From Anaerovibrio sp. (lineage in GTDB: Bacteria; Bacillota; Clostridia; Christensenellales; Aristaeellaceae), in the NCBI GenBank assembly GCA_963611355.1, contig CAVDRM010000003.1, positions 16,020-80,019 on the forward strand: 64,000 nucleotides of DNA, given 5' to 3'. The position numbers and the translations under genes were made by a program. This document shows, one piece after another, positions 28,638 to 37,700 of this stretch; positions within the stretch are counted from its first letter, which is position 1, and each line of letters opens with the position of its first letter. The notes under the pieces were generated by a model. The model was not told the DNA's origin. It was given only the letters and a program-made list of their open reading frames with translations, and did no database searches.

Positions 28638-29254
28638 ACGTCCACGAAATGCCCGATAAACGAGCGTCTGTGCGCCGGACACGCGCCAAGTGTTTTCAGC
28701 GCCCTGATATGCTCCGCCGTGCCGTAGCCCTTGTGTTTTGCAAAACCGTAGTCCGGATACAGCCTGTCCAGCTCCTCCATCTGACGGTCCCTCGTCACCT
28801 TGGCGACGATGCTCGCGGCGGCAACGGAATAGCACAGCGCATCGCCGTGGACAATGCCGCGCTCCTCACCCTTCAGCCCCAGCCCGCTGAGCGCGTCAAT
28901 CAAAAACAGCTCGGCGGGGACATGCTCTGCGGCGCGGCGCATGGCGTTCTTCGTGGCGTTCAGGATGTTGATTGCATCGATTTCTTCGGGGTCTGCCTGC
29001 CCGACGCCGACATACAGTGCCGTGCGCATGATTTCATCAAACACCTTGTCCCGCCGGGAGGCGGAGAGCTTTTTGCTGTCGTCCACCCATTCAAGCAGCG
29101 GGGACGGCGGCATCATGACGCAGGCCGCGACCACATTGCCGCACAAAGGCCCGCGCCCCGCTTCGTCCATGCCCGCAAAGGCAATACCCTGCGCCCAGAG
29201 CGGCGCGTCAGTCTGCATGAGCAGCGCCAGCCGCTCCTGTCTGTTCGTCCTCAT
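28634..29254 (-). CDS. rnhB: Ribonuclease HII
   Basis: ...AGMDEAGRGPLCGNVVAACV...DDSKKLS...AASIVAKVTRD... The start may instead be the ATG at 29218. Confidence 0.9.
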   Translation of the reverse strand: MRTNRQERLALLMQTDAPLWAQGIAFAGMDEAGRGPLCGNVVAACVMMPPSPLLEWVDDSKKLSASRRDKVFDEIMRTALYVGVGQADPEEIDAINILNATKNAMRRAAEHVPAELFLIDALSGLGLKGEERGIVHGDALCYSVAAASIVAKVTRDRQMEELDRLYPDYGFAKHKGYGTAEHIRALKTLGACPAHRRSFIGHFVDV

Positions 29255-30128
29255 GGGTTCTTGCCTCCGCCTCTGTTTGTTGTTTGAAGGGCTGCGGCGC
29301 GCTTTCCAGCGTCACGCGCCCTAACTTTCCCGCACGAAATTCATCCAGCACCACCGAGCAGGCGCGTTCCTCATCCGGCACGCCGCCGCGCATCAGGAAG
29401 CCGCGCCCCGTGCAGACCGCGTGCAGAAGCGGCTCTCCGCGCAAAGAGGCGTCTGGAATCCTGAACCGCGCCTGCGTGTTTTCGGCGTTCATGTCCATCA
29501 TATCGTCTAAAAGCGACATTGCCAGCATTTTGGTATCCTGAATTTCATCGCGGACGGCGGCGATGTAGGACAGCCGGAGCGCGGCCTTTTGGTCGTCCAG
29601 ACGCGGCCACAGAAGGCCGGGCGTATCCAGAATTTCCAGATACGGCGAAATGCGCACCCACTGGTTGGCGCGGGTCACGCCCGGCATATCGCCCGCCTTG
29701 GCAATCGGCGAGCCGTGCAGCCGGTTGATGAGCGTGGATTTGCCCACATTCGGCACGCCCACCGTCATCGCACGCACCACCTTGCTGATGCCGCGCTGCT
29801 TCGCCCTGTCCACTGTTTCCCGCGCAGCGCCCTCGATGAGCCGAAGGGCGGTCTTCGCCTGCCTGTTCACATCGATGGCCGCGCAAGTCAGCCCCAGCGA
29901 GCGGAAATAGGCGAGCCATTTTTCCGTCTGCTTCGGGTCGGCCAAATCCGCCTTCTGCAAAATCAGCACGCACTGTTTATGGCGTGTCAGGCTGATTAAA
30001 TCGGGGTTTCGGCTGGCTCGCGGGAGCCGCGCATCGCACAGCTCGACCACCACATCCACCCGTGAAAGCTGCTCCTTCAGCAGCCGTTTCGCCTTGGCCA
30101 TATGGCCGGGATACCAGTTAATGTCCAT
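29208..30128 (-). CDS. rbgA: Ribosome biogenesis GTPase A (YlqF/RbgA)
   Basis: MDINWYPGHMAKAKRLLKEQLSRVDVVVELCDARLP with a circularly permuted GTPase (LQKADL...VGVPNVGKSTLINRL...DTPG). Confidence 0.9.
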   Translation of the reverse strand: MDINWYPGHMAKAKRLLKEQLSRVDVVVELCDARLPRASRNPDLISLTRHKQCVLILQKADLADPKQTEKWLAYFRSLGLTCAAIDVNRQAKTALRLIEGAARETVDRAKQRGISKVVRAMTVGVPNVGKSTLINRLHGSPIAKAGDMPGVTRANQWVRISPYLEILDTPGLLWPRLDDQKAALRLSYIAAVRDEIQDTKMLAMSLLDDMMDMNAENTQARFRIPDASLRGEPLLHAVCTGRGFLMRGGVPDEERACSVVLDEFRAGKLGRVTLESAPQPFKQQTEAEARTHEDEQTGAAGAAHAD

Positions 30129-30290
30129 ACGCTCCGTCCAATTTCCATTTTTTGGATTATAAGGAAGAAAACGAGTTCTCTTTAAGTAATATCACTTCTG
30201 ACGAAAAAAGGCAAGAGCGAATTTTATTGTTTACAAATTGTCTGTTTTTTCTTCCGGCTGCTTTTATTTGGAAAAAACTAAACTGAAAGG

Positions 30291-30319
30291 TTGACTTTTG
30301 TACTTTTGCATGCTATACT
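30291..30319 (+). promoter_or_regulatory. Candidate promoter (TTGACT-17 nt-TATACT) of the nitroreductase gene
   Basis: ttgact at 30291-30296 and tatact at 30314-30319, inside an AT-rich spacer. Confidence 0.5.
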
Positions 30320-30368
30320 GAAATTCCAAAATCAGTATGGATTTTTCTGAGTCACCAAGCTCATTTTT

Positions 30369-30409
30369 CGCCATACACGCTCTGTGCGTGTGTGGCGATT
30401 TTATTTTTT
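30369..30409 (+). terminator. Terminator-like hairpin in the nitroreductase 5' leader (possible attenuator)
   Basis: cgccatacacgc-tctgt-gcgtgtgtggcg (12-bp stem with one G-U) followed by attttatttttt. It ends 2 nt before the RBS aaggagg. Confidence 0.45.
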
Positions 30410-30423
30410 AAGGAGGCATTGTT

Positions 30424-30945
30424 ATGACAAACGCAGTATTAAACTCAATCAAAGAACGCAGGAGTGTCCGAGCGTATAAGCCTGATACTGTTCCGACAGA
30501 GCTGCTCGACGCAGTCCTTGAGGCGGGAACTTACGCGCCGACCGGCGGAGGACGGCAGTCGCCAACAATCATCGCTGTCACATCGGAAAAGTACCGCAAA
30601 GAAATCGCCGAGTTAAACGCCGGCGTGATGGGTAAGGACACTGACCCGTATTACGGAGCGCCTGTCATCGTTCTTGTGCTGGCAGAGGGGACGGCAAGCA
30701 CCTTTGTTGAGGACGGAAGCTGCGTACTTGAAAACATGATGCTCGCCGCAGCATCGCTGGGGCTCGGCTCCGTGTGGGTACACAGAGAGCGGGAGATATT
30801 TGACAGCGAAAGGGGTAAAGCCCTTCTTAGCGAATGGGGACTTCCCGAAACGCTGCGCGGTGTAGGCAGCATCGCACTCGGATACCCTGCCAAAGCAGCA
30901 GGTGAAGCGGCCCAAAGAAAGGACAATTATATCGTTCGGGTGTAA
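30424..30945 (+). CDS. Nitroreductase family protein
   Basis: 173 aa. ...IKERRSVRAYKPDTVP...LEAGTYAPTGGGRQSP... is typical of the NfnB/FMN nitroreductase fold. Confidence 0.85.
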   Translation: MTNAVLNSIKERRSVRAYKPDTVPTELLDAVLEAGTYAPTGGGRQSPTIIAVTSEKYRKEIAELNAGVMGKDTDPYYGAPVIVLVLAEGTASTFVEDGSCVLENMMLAAASLGLGSVWVHREREIFDSERGKALLSEWGLPETLRGVGSIALGYPAKAAGEAAQRKDNYIVRV

Positions 30946-31105
30946 TTTAAAAAAACAGCGATACAAAAACAGTCCGCATGGCGTTGGCTGCTGCCATGGA
31001 TACAGCAGGCGTTTTGCCCGGCGGAACGTTCTGTATATGCACAATGCACGTTTTTCTTTCCGAACCCGTTATATCGTTCGTCCATAATAAGATCGAAGCG
31101 GGTCG

Positions 31106-31762
31106 CTAATCTCCGAATACGAGTTCGGACAAATCCCGAACGGTGGGAAGGTAAAATTCGCACTCGGCTTTCATATAGCGGACGATTTTATCCACCTGAT
31201 GCGCCCAGCCCGCCGCCGCAAAGGGGACGCCGCAGGCATCGGCCATCTCCTTGCCGGGCTTCAGGTCGTCCACCATGAGAAGCCGGTCGGGCTTCAGCGA
31301 CAGCTCCCGCATGATTTCCCGAAGCGGCCACGGCGCGGGCTTGCGCTTGTCCGGCGGCATTTCCCAGCCGAAGACGATTTCCGGCAGCGGCAGGCCGTTT
31401 TCCCGATAATCGCGCAGGATGTTTTCCCTGAACGAGTGCGATACCACGCAGATATGCCCGCCCTCTTTCCGAAAGCGGGTCAGCAAATCCCGCATCCCGT
31501 CATACGCCTTGGGGACATGGTCGGTCACATAGTCGCACCATTGCTTTTGCTGCGCGTCGGTCTCCTCTTTGGTGAAATGCAGAACATTCTCGCAATATTC
31601 CGAAAATCCGGGGTCAAAATTAAACAGAAAATAATCGTCCAAGGTCAGATGCACATTCGGGCGCAGAACCCGCAGCGAGTCCGCAAACGGCGGATAGTGG
31701 ATGTCGGCCGTGCTGTTGACCACCGTATCGTCATGATCCAAAACAAGACACTGAAAACGCAT
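31106..31762 (-). CDS. HAD-superfamily hydrolase
   Basis: Motif I is LVLDHDDTVV after the ATG at 31762. Motif IV-like is VDDLKPG. The ORF-track start at 31792 is probably too long. Confidence 0.75.
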   Translation of the reverse strand: MRFQCLVLDHDDTVVNSTADIHYPPFADSLRVLRPNVHLTLDDYFLFNFDPGFSEYCENVLHFTKEETDAQQKQWCDYVTDHVPKAYDGMRDLLTRFRKEGGHICVVSHSFRENILRDYRENGLPLPEIVFGWEMPPDKRKPAPWPLREIMRELSLKPDRLLMVDDLKPGKEMADACGVPFAAAGWAHQVDKIVRYMKAECEFYLPTVRDLSELVFGD

Positions 31763-31834
31763 AAAATGACAGTTCCTTTCTGTAATGAGCAAAGTAAAGC
31801 GGGGCGCAAAGCAAACTTGTATTCGCTTCTGCCG

Positions 31835-32725
31835 CTATTGGCTTTTTCTCAGCTTCGCCATGAAAAATCCCTCGTATTCCTCGGTCGGCCGGACACAGAC
31901 GCAGCCTTTGACAGCGGTCGGCAGAAGAGGAAGACCGCTCGGCGGGTCAATGGGCACAAGCTCGGCTCTGCGGCTCTTCAGCGCCGTGCGGACGACCTCC
32001 TCATTTTCCGCCTGCAGGATGGAGCAGGTCGAATAGACCATCTCGCCGCCCGCCTTTAAAATCGTCAGTGCCTTTTGCAGGAGCGCTTTTTGAAGCGCCG
32101 CGGAATTTTTGACGAGCGCCTGCGAAAATGCCCGTGTCGTCGCCGGCAGGGAAAAAAGCAGCGTCCCGCTGCCGGAGCATGGCGCGTCCAGCAGGATTTG
32201 GTCGAAGCGGAAAAAGTCCGCTAATTTCCGTGCGTCCTGCACCATGACATTCGCCCGTGCGCCTTGCACGGCCAAGTTATGGCGCAGCCTGTCGGCGCGG
32301 ATCTTGTCGATTTCACAGGCTGTGATTTGGGCTCGATTGCACGTCAGCGCGGCCAGCTGCGTTGTCTTGGAGCCGGGCGCGGCGGCCATATCCAAAATGT
32401 CCGCCTTTTCTCTCGGTGCAAGCGCCAAGGGCGGCAGCATGGAGGACAGCCCCTGCAGATAGATTTCGCCGTTTCCGTACATCGGCAGCGCCCGCACTGC
32501 CCGCTCGTCCGCATCCGTCAGAAGAAAAGCGTCTGCATAAAACGGTGCTTTTTTCCAGCCGATGCCCGCGCCTGTCAGCGCGTTTCCGACGGCCTCCGCC
32601 GTCGTTTTTAAGGCGTTGGCACGCAGGGTCGTCCGGCGTGTCCCGCTCATGCCGCCGAAAATATCGTTTGTCAGCGCTTCGCCGTACTGCCGGTTCAGCG
32701 CGTCCTTTAAAAATTGCTCGTCCAT
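31835..32725 (-). CDS. NOL1/NOP2/Sun (RsmB/RsmF-like) RNA m5C methyltransferase
   Basis: SAM motif DMAAAPGSKT and catalytic motifs DAPCSGSG and YSTCS. The start ATG at 32725 abuts the upstream kinase stop. Confidence 0.8.
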   Translation of the reverse strand: MDEQFLKDALNRQYGEALTNDIFGGMSGTRRTTLRANALKTTAEAVGNALTGAGIGWKKAPFYADAFLLTDADERAVRALPMYGNGEIYLQGLSSMLPPLALAPREKADILDMAAAPGSKTTQLAALTCNRAQITACEIDKIRADRLRHNLAVQGARANVMVQDARKLADFFRFDQILLDAPCSGSGTLLFSLPATTRAFSQALVKNSAALQKALLQKALTILKAGGEMVYSTCSILQAENEEVVRTALKSRRAELVPIDPPSGLPLLPTAVKGCVCVRPTEEYEGFFMAKLRKSQ

Positions 32726-32726
32726 G

Positions 32727-33617
32727 TCATTTTTCCTCTTTTGTCGGGCGGATGGGCGTCTTGGGGACAAAGCCGGAAAAGGCCGTCCTGCCGGACGCGG
32801 AGGCAAGCGTCAGGTCGCCGCCGTAAGTGCGCATGGTTTCCCGCGCAATGGCAAGCCCCATGCCGCGCCCCGCGCCCTTGGTGGAAATGCCCGCTTCAAA
32901 AATACTGTCCCGAATGCTCTCCTGCACAGCCGGCCCGTTGTTTTCGACGCAGAAGGAAAAGGCATGCAAATCCTCTGCCAGAGAAATGATGATGCGCCCG
33001 TCCTTGACGCCCTCCAGCGCGTCCATGCTGTTATCGATGAGGTTGGACAGCACGCGGCACATTTCCCACGCGGGCATGGGCAGGCCTTCCCACGTCCCGG
33101 TGATGTTCGAGATCATCTGCAGCCCCTGCTTCTGCCCCTCCGTCAGCTTAGCGCGGAGCAGGGCATTAACGGGGGCGCACTTTGTCTTGAGCGCCTGAGA
33201 AACGGTTCGCATATCGCCGTACACGCGCTCGATATAGTCCAGCGCCTCATTCGGCTCGTTCATTTCAATCAGGCTGTATACGACCTGCCAATGGTTCAGA
33301 AAGTCGTGCCGCTGAGCGCGGAGGGCGTGATTGAAGTCGCTCATCTGCTCGACCGTTTCATTCAGCCCGCCCATTTTATGCGCCACGCGCACGGCGTTGA
33401 CGCCCTCTTTAATATCCAACGCCGCGCCGCAGACCACGATGCAGACCAATACCATCAGCACGAGGCTGCCGATTGGCCCGTGCAGGGTATCCGCCTTCCC
33501 GTCCAGCAGCACATACAGCGCAAGCGCGACAGCCGCCATGATTTGCAGGCTGTTGATGACGATGGCGGTCAGCGCGGCCTTTCGCATATTCAAATGCTCC
33601 AGCGTCTGTGCCCTCAT
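32727..33617 (-). CDS. Orphan membrane sensor histidine kinase (SpoOB-type DHp helix + GHKL ATPase)
   Basis: Two N-terminal TMs joined by a loop of about 12 aa. H-box RAQRHDFLNHWQVV. N-box LSNLIDNSMDA. G-box STKGAGRGMGLAI. ATGA overlap with the sigma gene stop. No response regulator is present in the window. Confidence 0.75.
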   Translation of the reverse strand: MRAQTLEHLNMRKAALTAIVINSLQIMAAVALALYVLLDGKADTLHGPIGSLVLMVLVCIVVCGAALDIKEGVNAVRVAHKMGGLNETVEQMSDFNHALRAQRHDFLNHWQVVYSLIEMNEPNEALDYIERVYGDMRTVSQALKTKCAPVNALLRAKLTEGQKQGLQMISNITGTWEGLPMPAWEMCRVLSNLIDNSMDALEGVKDGRIIISLAEDLHAFSFCVENNGPAVQESIRDSIFEAGISTKGAGRGMGLAIARETMRTYGGDLTLASASGRTAFSGFVPKTPIRPTKEEK

Positions 33618-34351
33618 GACGTTTCCCTTCCCTCTATGGTGCAGCGCAGCGTTTGCAGCGCCCGCCGCTCCATGCGCGACACCTGCATCTGGCTGATGCC
33701 CATCCGTGCGGCGGTCTCGCGCTGGGAGAGGCGCTTGGAAAAACGAAGCTGCAAAAGCGTCCCCTCATTCTCGGACAGCACGGCAAGCGCCGATTGTAAA
33801 TCGCTCCTGCTTTCAAACCGCTCAAACGCATCATCCGAAAAGCCCAGCGTGTCGGCGGGCAGGCGGCCGTCCGCATCGGGCGCATCCAGGGAGGATACAG
33901 CGGTGCTTTCAAGGACGGTCAAAATTTCCAGCACCTGAAAAACCGTCCATGACAGCGCCTGCGCCAATTCCTTGGCGCTCGGCTCACGGCGAAGCGTATC
34001 GGTCAGCGCGGCACGGCATTTTTTGAGTATCTGCGCCTGCTCCTGCATCCGCCTCGGCGTGCGCAAAACACTGCCCTTGTCGCGCAGATAATTGCGCACC
34101 GTTCCCGTGATGGTGGGGGTCGCATAGGTGGTGAAGCGAAGATTGCGGGTCATATCAAACCCGCGCAGCGCAGCCACCAGCGCCATGGAAGCCACCTGAT
34201 ATAAATCCTCATAATCGACGCCGCGTCCGGAAAAGCGCCGGGCAATCAAAGCGCACAGCGGAAGACAGACGTCCACGGCCTCATTCAGCGCCTCGTCCGT
34301 CCTCAGTTCCGCATATCGGCACGCAAGCGCGTGCATTTTTTCAGCATCCAT
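33614..34351 (-). CDS. RNA polymerase sigma factor, SigB/SigF/SigG (group 3) family
   Basis: Region 2 is DLYQVASMALVAALRGFD...FTTYATPTITGTVRNYLRDKGSVLRTPRR. Region 4.2 is SQRETAARMGISQMQVSRMERRALQTL. The alternative start ATG at 34336 would remove the 11-nt overlap with the upstream gene. Confidence 0.85.
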   Translation of the reverse strand: MDAEKMHALACRYAELRTDEALNEAVDVCLPLCALIARRFSGRGVDYEDLYQVASMALVAALRGFDMTRNLRFTTYATPTITGTVRNYLRDKGSVLRTPRRMQEQAQILKKCRAALTDTLRREPSAKELAQALSWTVFQVLEILTVLESTAVSSLDAPDADGRLPADTLGFSDDAFERFESRSDLQSALAVLSENEGTLLQLRFSKRLSQRETAARMGISQMQVSRMERRALQTLRCTIEGRETS

Positions 34352-34727
34352 GCGCCTGTGCGGGCAGCAGCATATGAACGCCGCTCACGCCGCCCTCATC
34401 CCGTGCTAAACGGACCTCCTTAACCAGTGTCCCGATAATCAGTCCCGCGATATCCGCATCGGCCGTCTCGTCATCCTGCTTTTCCGCACAGCGCTCCGCC
34501 GTGAGCGATACATGGATGCCGTTTTGGTCCGCCTTGCATTCCAGCGTCAAATGGCTGACGCAGTAGGGCTGATGCATGAGCAGTTCCGCACTTTCATCCA
34601 AGGCAGTCTTCAGGTCATCCATCACATCCAGGGGCAAATCAAACACAGCGCCCACGCCGCTGACTGCCATGCGAAGCACCAGCGTCCATTCGGCTTTTGC
34701 GGGAACGGTCATGGTCATTTTGTTCAT
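34341..34727 (-). CDS. Degenerate RsbW/SpoIIAB-like anti-sigma-factor homologue (kinase motifs absent)
   Basis: 128 aa. The N-terminal pattern MTVPAKAEWTLVLRMAVSGVGAVFDLPLDVMDDLKTALDESAELLMH parallels the SpoIIAB/RsbW helix 1-2 and the E..N..H region, but the N-box Asn is replaced (ELLMH). No DxGxG or GxG boxes are visible. The ATG overlaps the dnaE stop (ATGA). Confidence 0.5.
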   Translation of the reverse strand: MNKMTMTVPAKAEWTLVLRMAVSGVGAVFDLPLDVMDDLKTALDESAELLMHQPYCVSHLTLECKADQNGIHVSLTAERCAEKQDDETADADIAGLIIGTLVKEVRLARDEGGVSGVHMLLPAQAHGC

Positions 34728-37700
34728 TGCTTTTTTACCACCTTCATGTTGTCAAGGCTGAGCACCGTCATGAGCGTCGCCCGCGTGTCCTCCGCATCGC
34801 AGCACCAGAGCCGCTTTGGGGCAAGGAGGGTGATGCCCTCATCCGGTATGTTCAAATAAACGGGCACATTGCCGCGCATCCGCTCCAAGGTTTCCTCGAC
34901 CTCCGGCATTTCGCTGCGCCTGATGCGCAGGTACAGCTTGACCGGCGCGTCCTTCGCCCGCTGCGCATCCGTGCGCGTGTCCTTTTGATCCGGCGCGGCG
35001 GGCAGCGGCTCAATGATGTCCGCCAGCAGCTTGATGTCCTCCTCGCCGGATACGGACAGCTTTCCGGAGACCAGCACGGCGCGGTCGCTGCCCAGTTCCC
35101 GCCCGTACACCTCATACACGCGGGGGAAGAGCAGGCATTCCACCTGCCCCGTCAGATCTTCCAGCGTCATAAAGCCCATCAGAGCGCCCTTTTTGGTCGC
35201 CTTCTGATGGCATTCCGTAATCAGCCCGCCCATCTGCACGCTCCTTCCGTCCTCGGACAGCCCGTGGTCCTCCCGCTCGGACAGCTCGGCAAGGTAGGCA
35301 GTGTTCACTTTGAGCGATGCCATGGTCTCCTTATATTCGTCCAAGGGGTGGCCGCTGCAATATACGCCCGTCATTTCCTTCTCCTGCCGGAGCAAATCCA
35401 AATGCCGGTATTCGGGCAGAGCCGGATAGGTTTCCTGCATATCCATGTTCTGCGCGGGCTGGCCCAAGTCAAACAGGGACATCTGTCCGGCGACATTCTG
35501 TCTGCGGATATCCGCCTGTGCGTCCAGCGCCTTTTCATAAACGGCATAGACCTGTGTGCGCTTGGCGTCCAAATGGTCAAAGCAGCCGGCCTTGATGAGC
35601 GATTCCACGGCGCGCTTGTTGACATCCTCGCCCCCCATGCGGCGGCAGAAGTCAAAGATATTCTTGAATGCACCGCGCCGCGCACGGTCCTGCACGATGG
35701 CGTCCACGCAGGCAGCGCCGACATTTTTCACCCCGCCCATGCCGAAACGGATGGCGGGCGCGCCCTTTTCATCATATTCCACGGTGAAGCGCCTGTCGGA
35801 AAAATTGATGTGCGGGGGCAGGACGGGAATGCCGCGGGAGCGGCAGTAATTGATGTAACCTGAAATTTTTCCCGCGTTGCCCGTGACGGAATTGAGCATC
35901 GCCGCCATGAATTCCGCCGGATAATGGCGCTTGAGCCATGCAGTCCAGACAGCGACCAGGGCATACGCCGCCGCATGGGATTTGTTGAAAGCATAGGAGG
36001 CAAAGGATGTCATTTCATCAAAAATTTTTTCGGCGACCTCGGCGGGAACGCCGTTCTTCACCGCGCCCTTCACGTTCATTTCCTCAGAGCCGTACACAAA
36101 ATACCGGCGCTCCTTGGCCATGACGTCCTTTTTCTTTTTGGCCATAGCGCGGCGCACCAAATCGCTGCGCCCGTAGGAGTAGCCCGCCAAATCGCGCACA
36201 ATCTGCATGACCTGCTCCTGATAGACCATGCAGCCGTAGGTGACCTCCAAAATGGGCTTGAGCAGCGGGGTGGCGTATTCCACGGTTTCGGGATGCTGCT
36301 TGCCCTTGATGTAGCGCGGGATGGACTCCATCGGGCCGGGGCGGTAGAGGGAAATGGCAGCGATGATGTCCTCGAAATTCTGCGGCCGCATATTCGATAG
36401 AAACGAGCGCATCCCGCCGCCTTCCAGCTGGAACACGCCGTCCGTGTCGCCGTCCGAAATCATGCGGTACACGGCCTCATCGTCCAGCGGGATTTTCAGA
36501 TAATTGATGTCGATACCCCGCTTTTTGAGCAGATCCAGCGTATCCCGAATGACCGTCAGCGTACGCAGTCCCAGGAAGTCCATCTTGAGCAGCCCTAATT
36601 TTTCAATGATGCCCATCGGGTACTGCGTGGTGACCACATCGTCATTCATTTGCAGCGGCACATAATGCGTGACCGGCTCATTTGTAATCAATACGCCGGC
36701 CGCGTGGGTGCTGGCGTGGCGGGGCAGACCCTCCAGAGACAGCGACGTCTGATACAGCCGACGCGCCCGCTCATCGCCCTCGACCATCGCCTTTAAATCA
36801 TGGCTGACCTCCAGCGCCTTGTCCAGCGTCATGCCCAAGTCCATCGGGACGGCCTTGGCGACCCTGTCCACCTCCGCATAGGGATAGCCCAAAACGCGTC
36901 CCACATCACGCAGAACGGCACGGGCGGCCATTGTTCCGAAGGTGATAATCTGGCTGACATGATCCTGCCCGTAGCGCCGCGCCACATAATCAATGACCTC
37001 CTGACGGCGCTCATAGCAAAAGTCCACATCGATATCCGGCATGGTGACGCGCTCAGGATTCAGGAAGCGCTCAAACAGAAGGTTGAATTTCAGCGGGTCA
37101 AGCTGGGTGATGTCCAGACAGTACGCCACGATGCTGCCCGCGCCGCTGCCGCGGCCTGGGCCGACCATGATGCCGTGCGACCGCGCATAGTGGATAAAAT
37201 CCCAGACAATTAAAAAATAGTCCACATAGCCCATCTGAATGATGGTATTCAGCTCATACTGAAGCCGCTCGCGGGCGCGGGCGTCATCCGCCCGATAGTG
37301 CTCGGCAAAGCCCTCGTCACAGAGGCGCCGCAGCATCCGCTCGGCGGTTTCGTCTGTTTCGATGGGGAAGCGCGGCAGATGGATGGTGTGAAAATCAAAG
37401 TCGAGCCGGCAGCGCATGGCAATCTCGTGGGAGCGCTCCACCGCATCCTCATGGCCGGGGAAGAGCGCCTTCATCTGCTCCTCGCTCTTGACGTACAATT
37501 CCCGCGTCTCCAGCCGCATCCGCTTGTCATCCTCCAGCGTTTTGCCGGTTTGGATGCACATCAGCACCTCCTGCGCATCGGCATCGTCCTGCGTCAGGTA
37601 GTGGCAGTCGTTTGTGGCGACCAGCGGAACGCCGGTTTTTCGGCTCATCTCCATCAGCCGCGGCAGCACGGTCTTTTCCTCCCGCAGCCCGTGATCCATG

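Noticed and set aside
30927-31080. A 12-nt direct repeat ttatatcgttcg (30927-30938 and 31069-31080) flanking the 3' end of the nitroreductase gene. I considered it as a possible target-site duplication.
   Set aside because: It brackets only about 130 bp of non-coding DNA with no transposase or terminal inverted repeats. Chance repetition in AT-rich DNA, or a small local duplication, is more likely.
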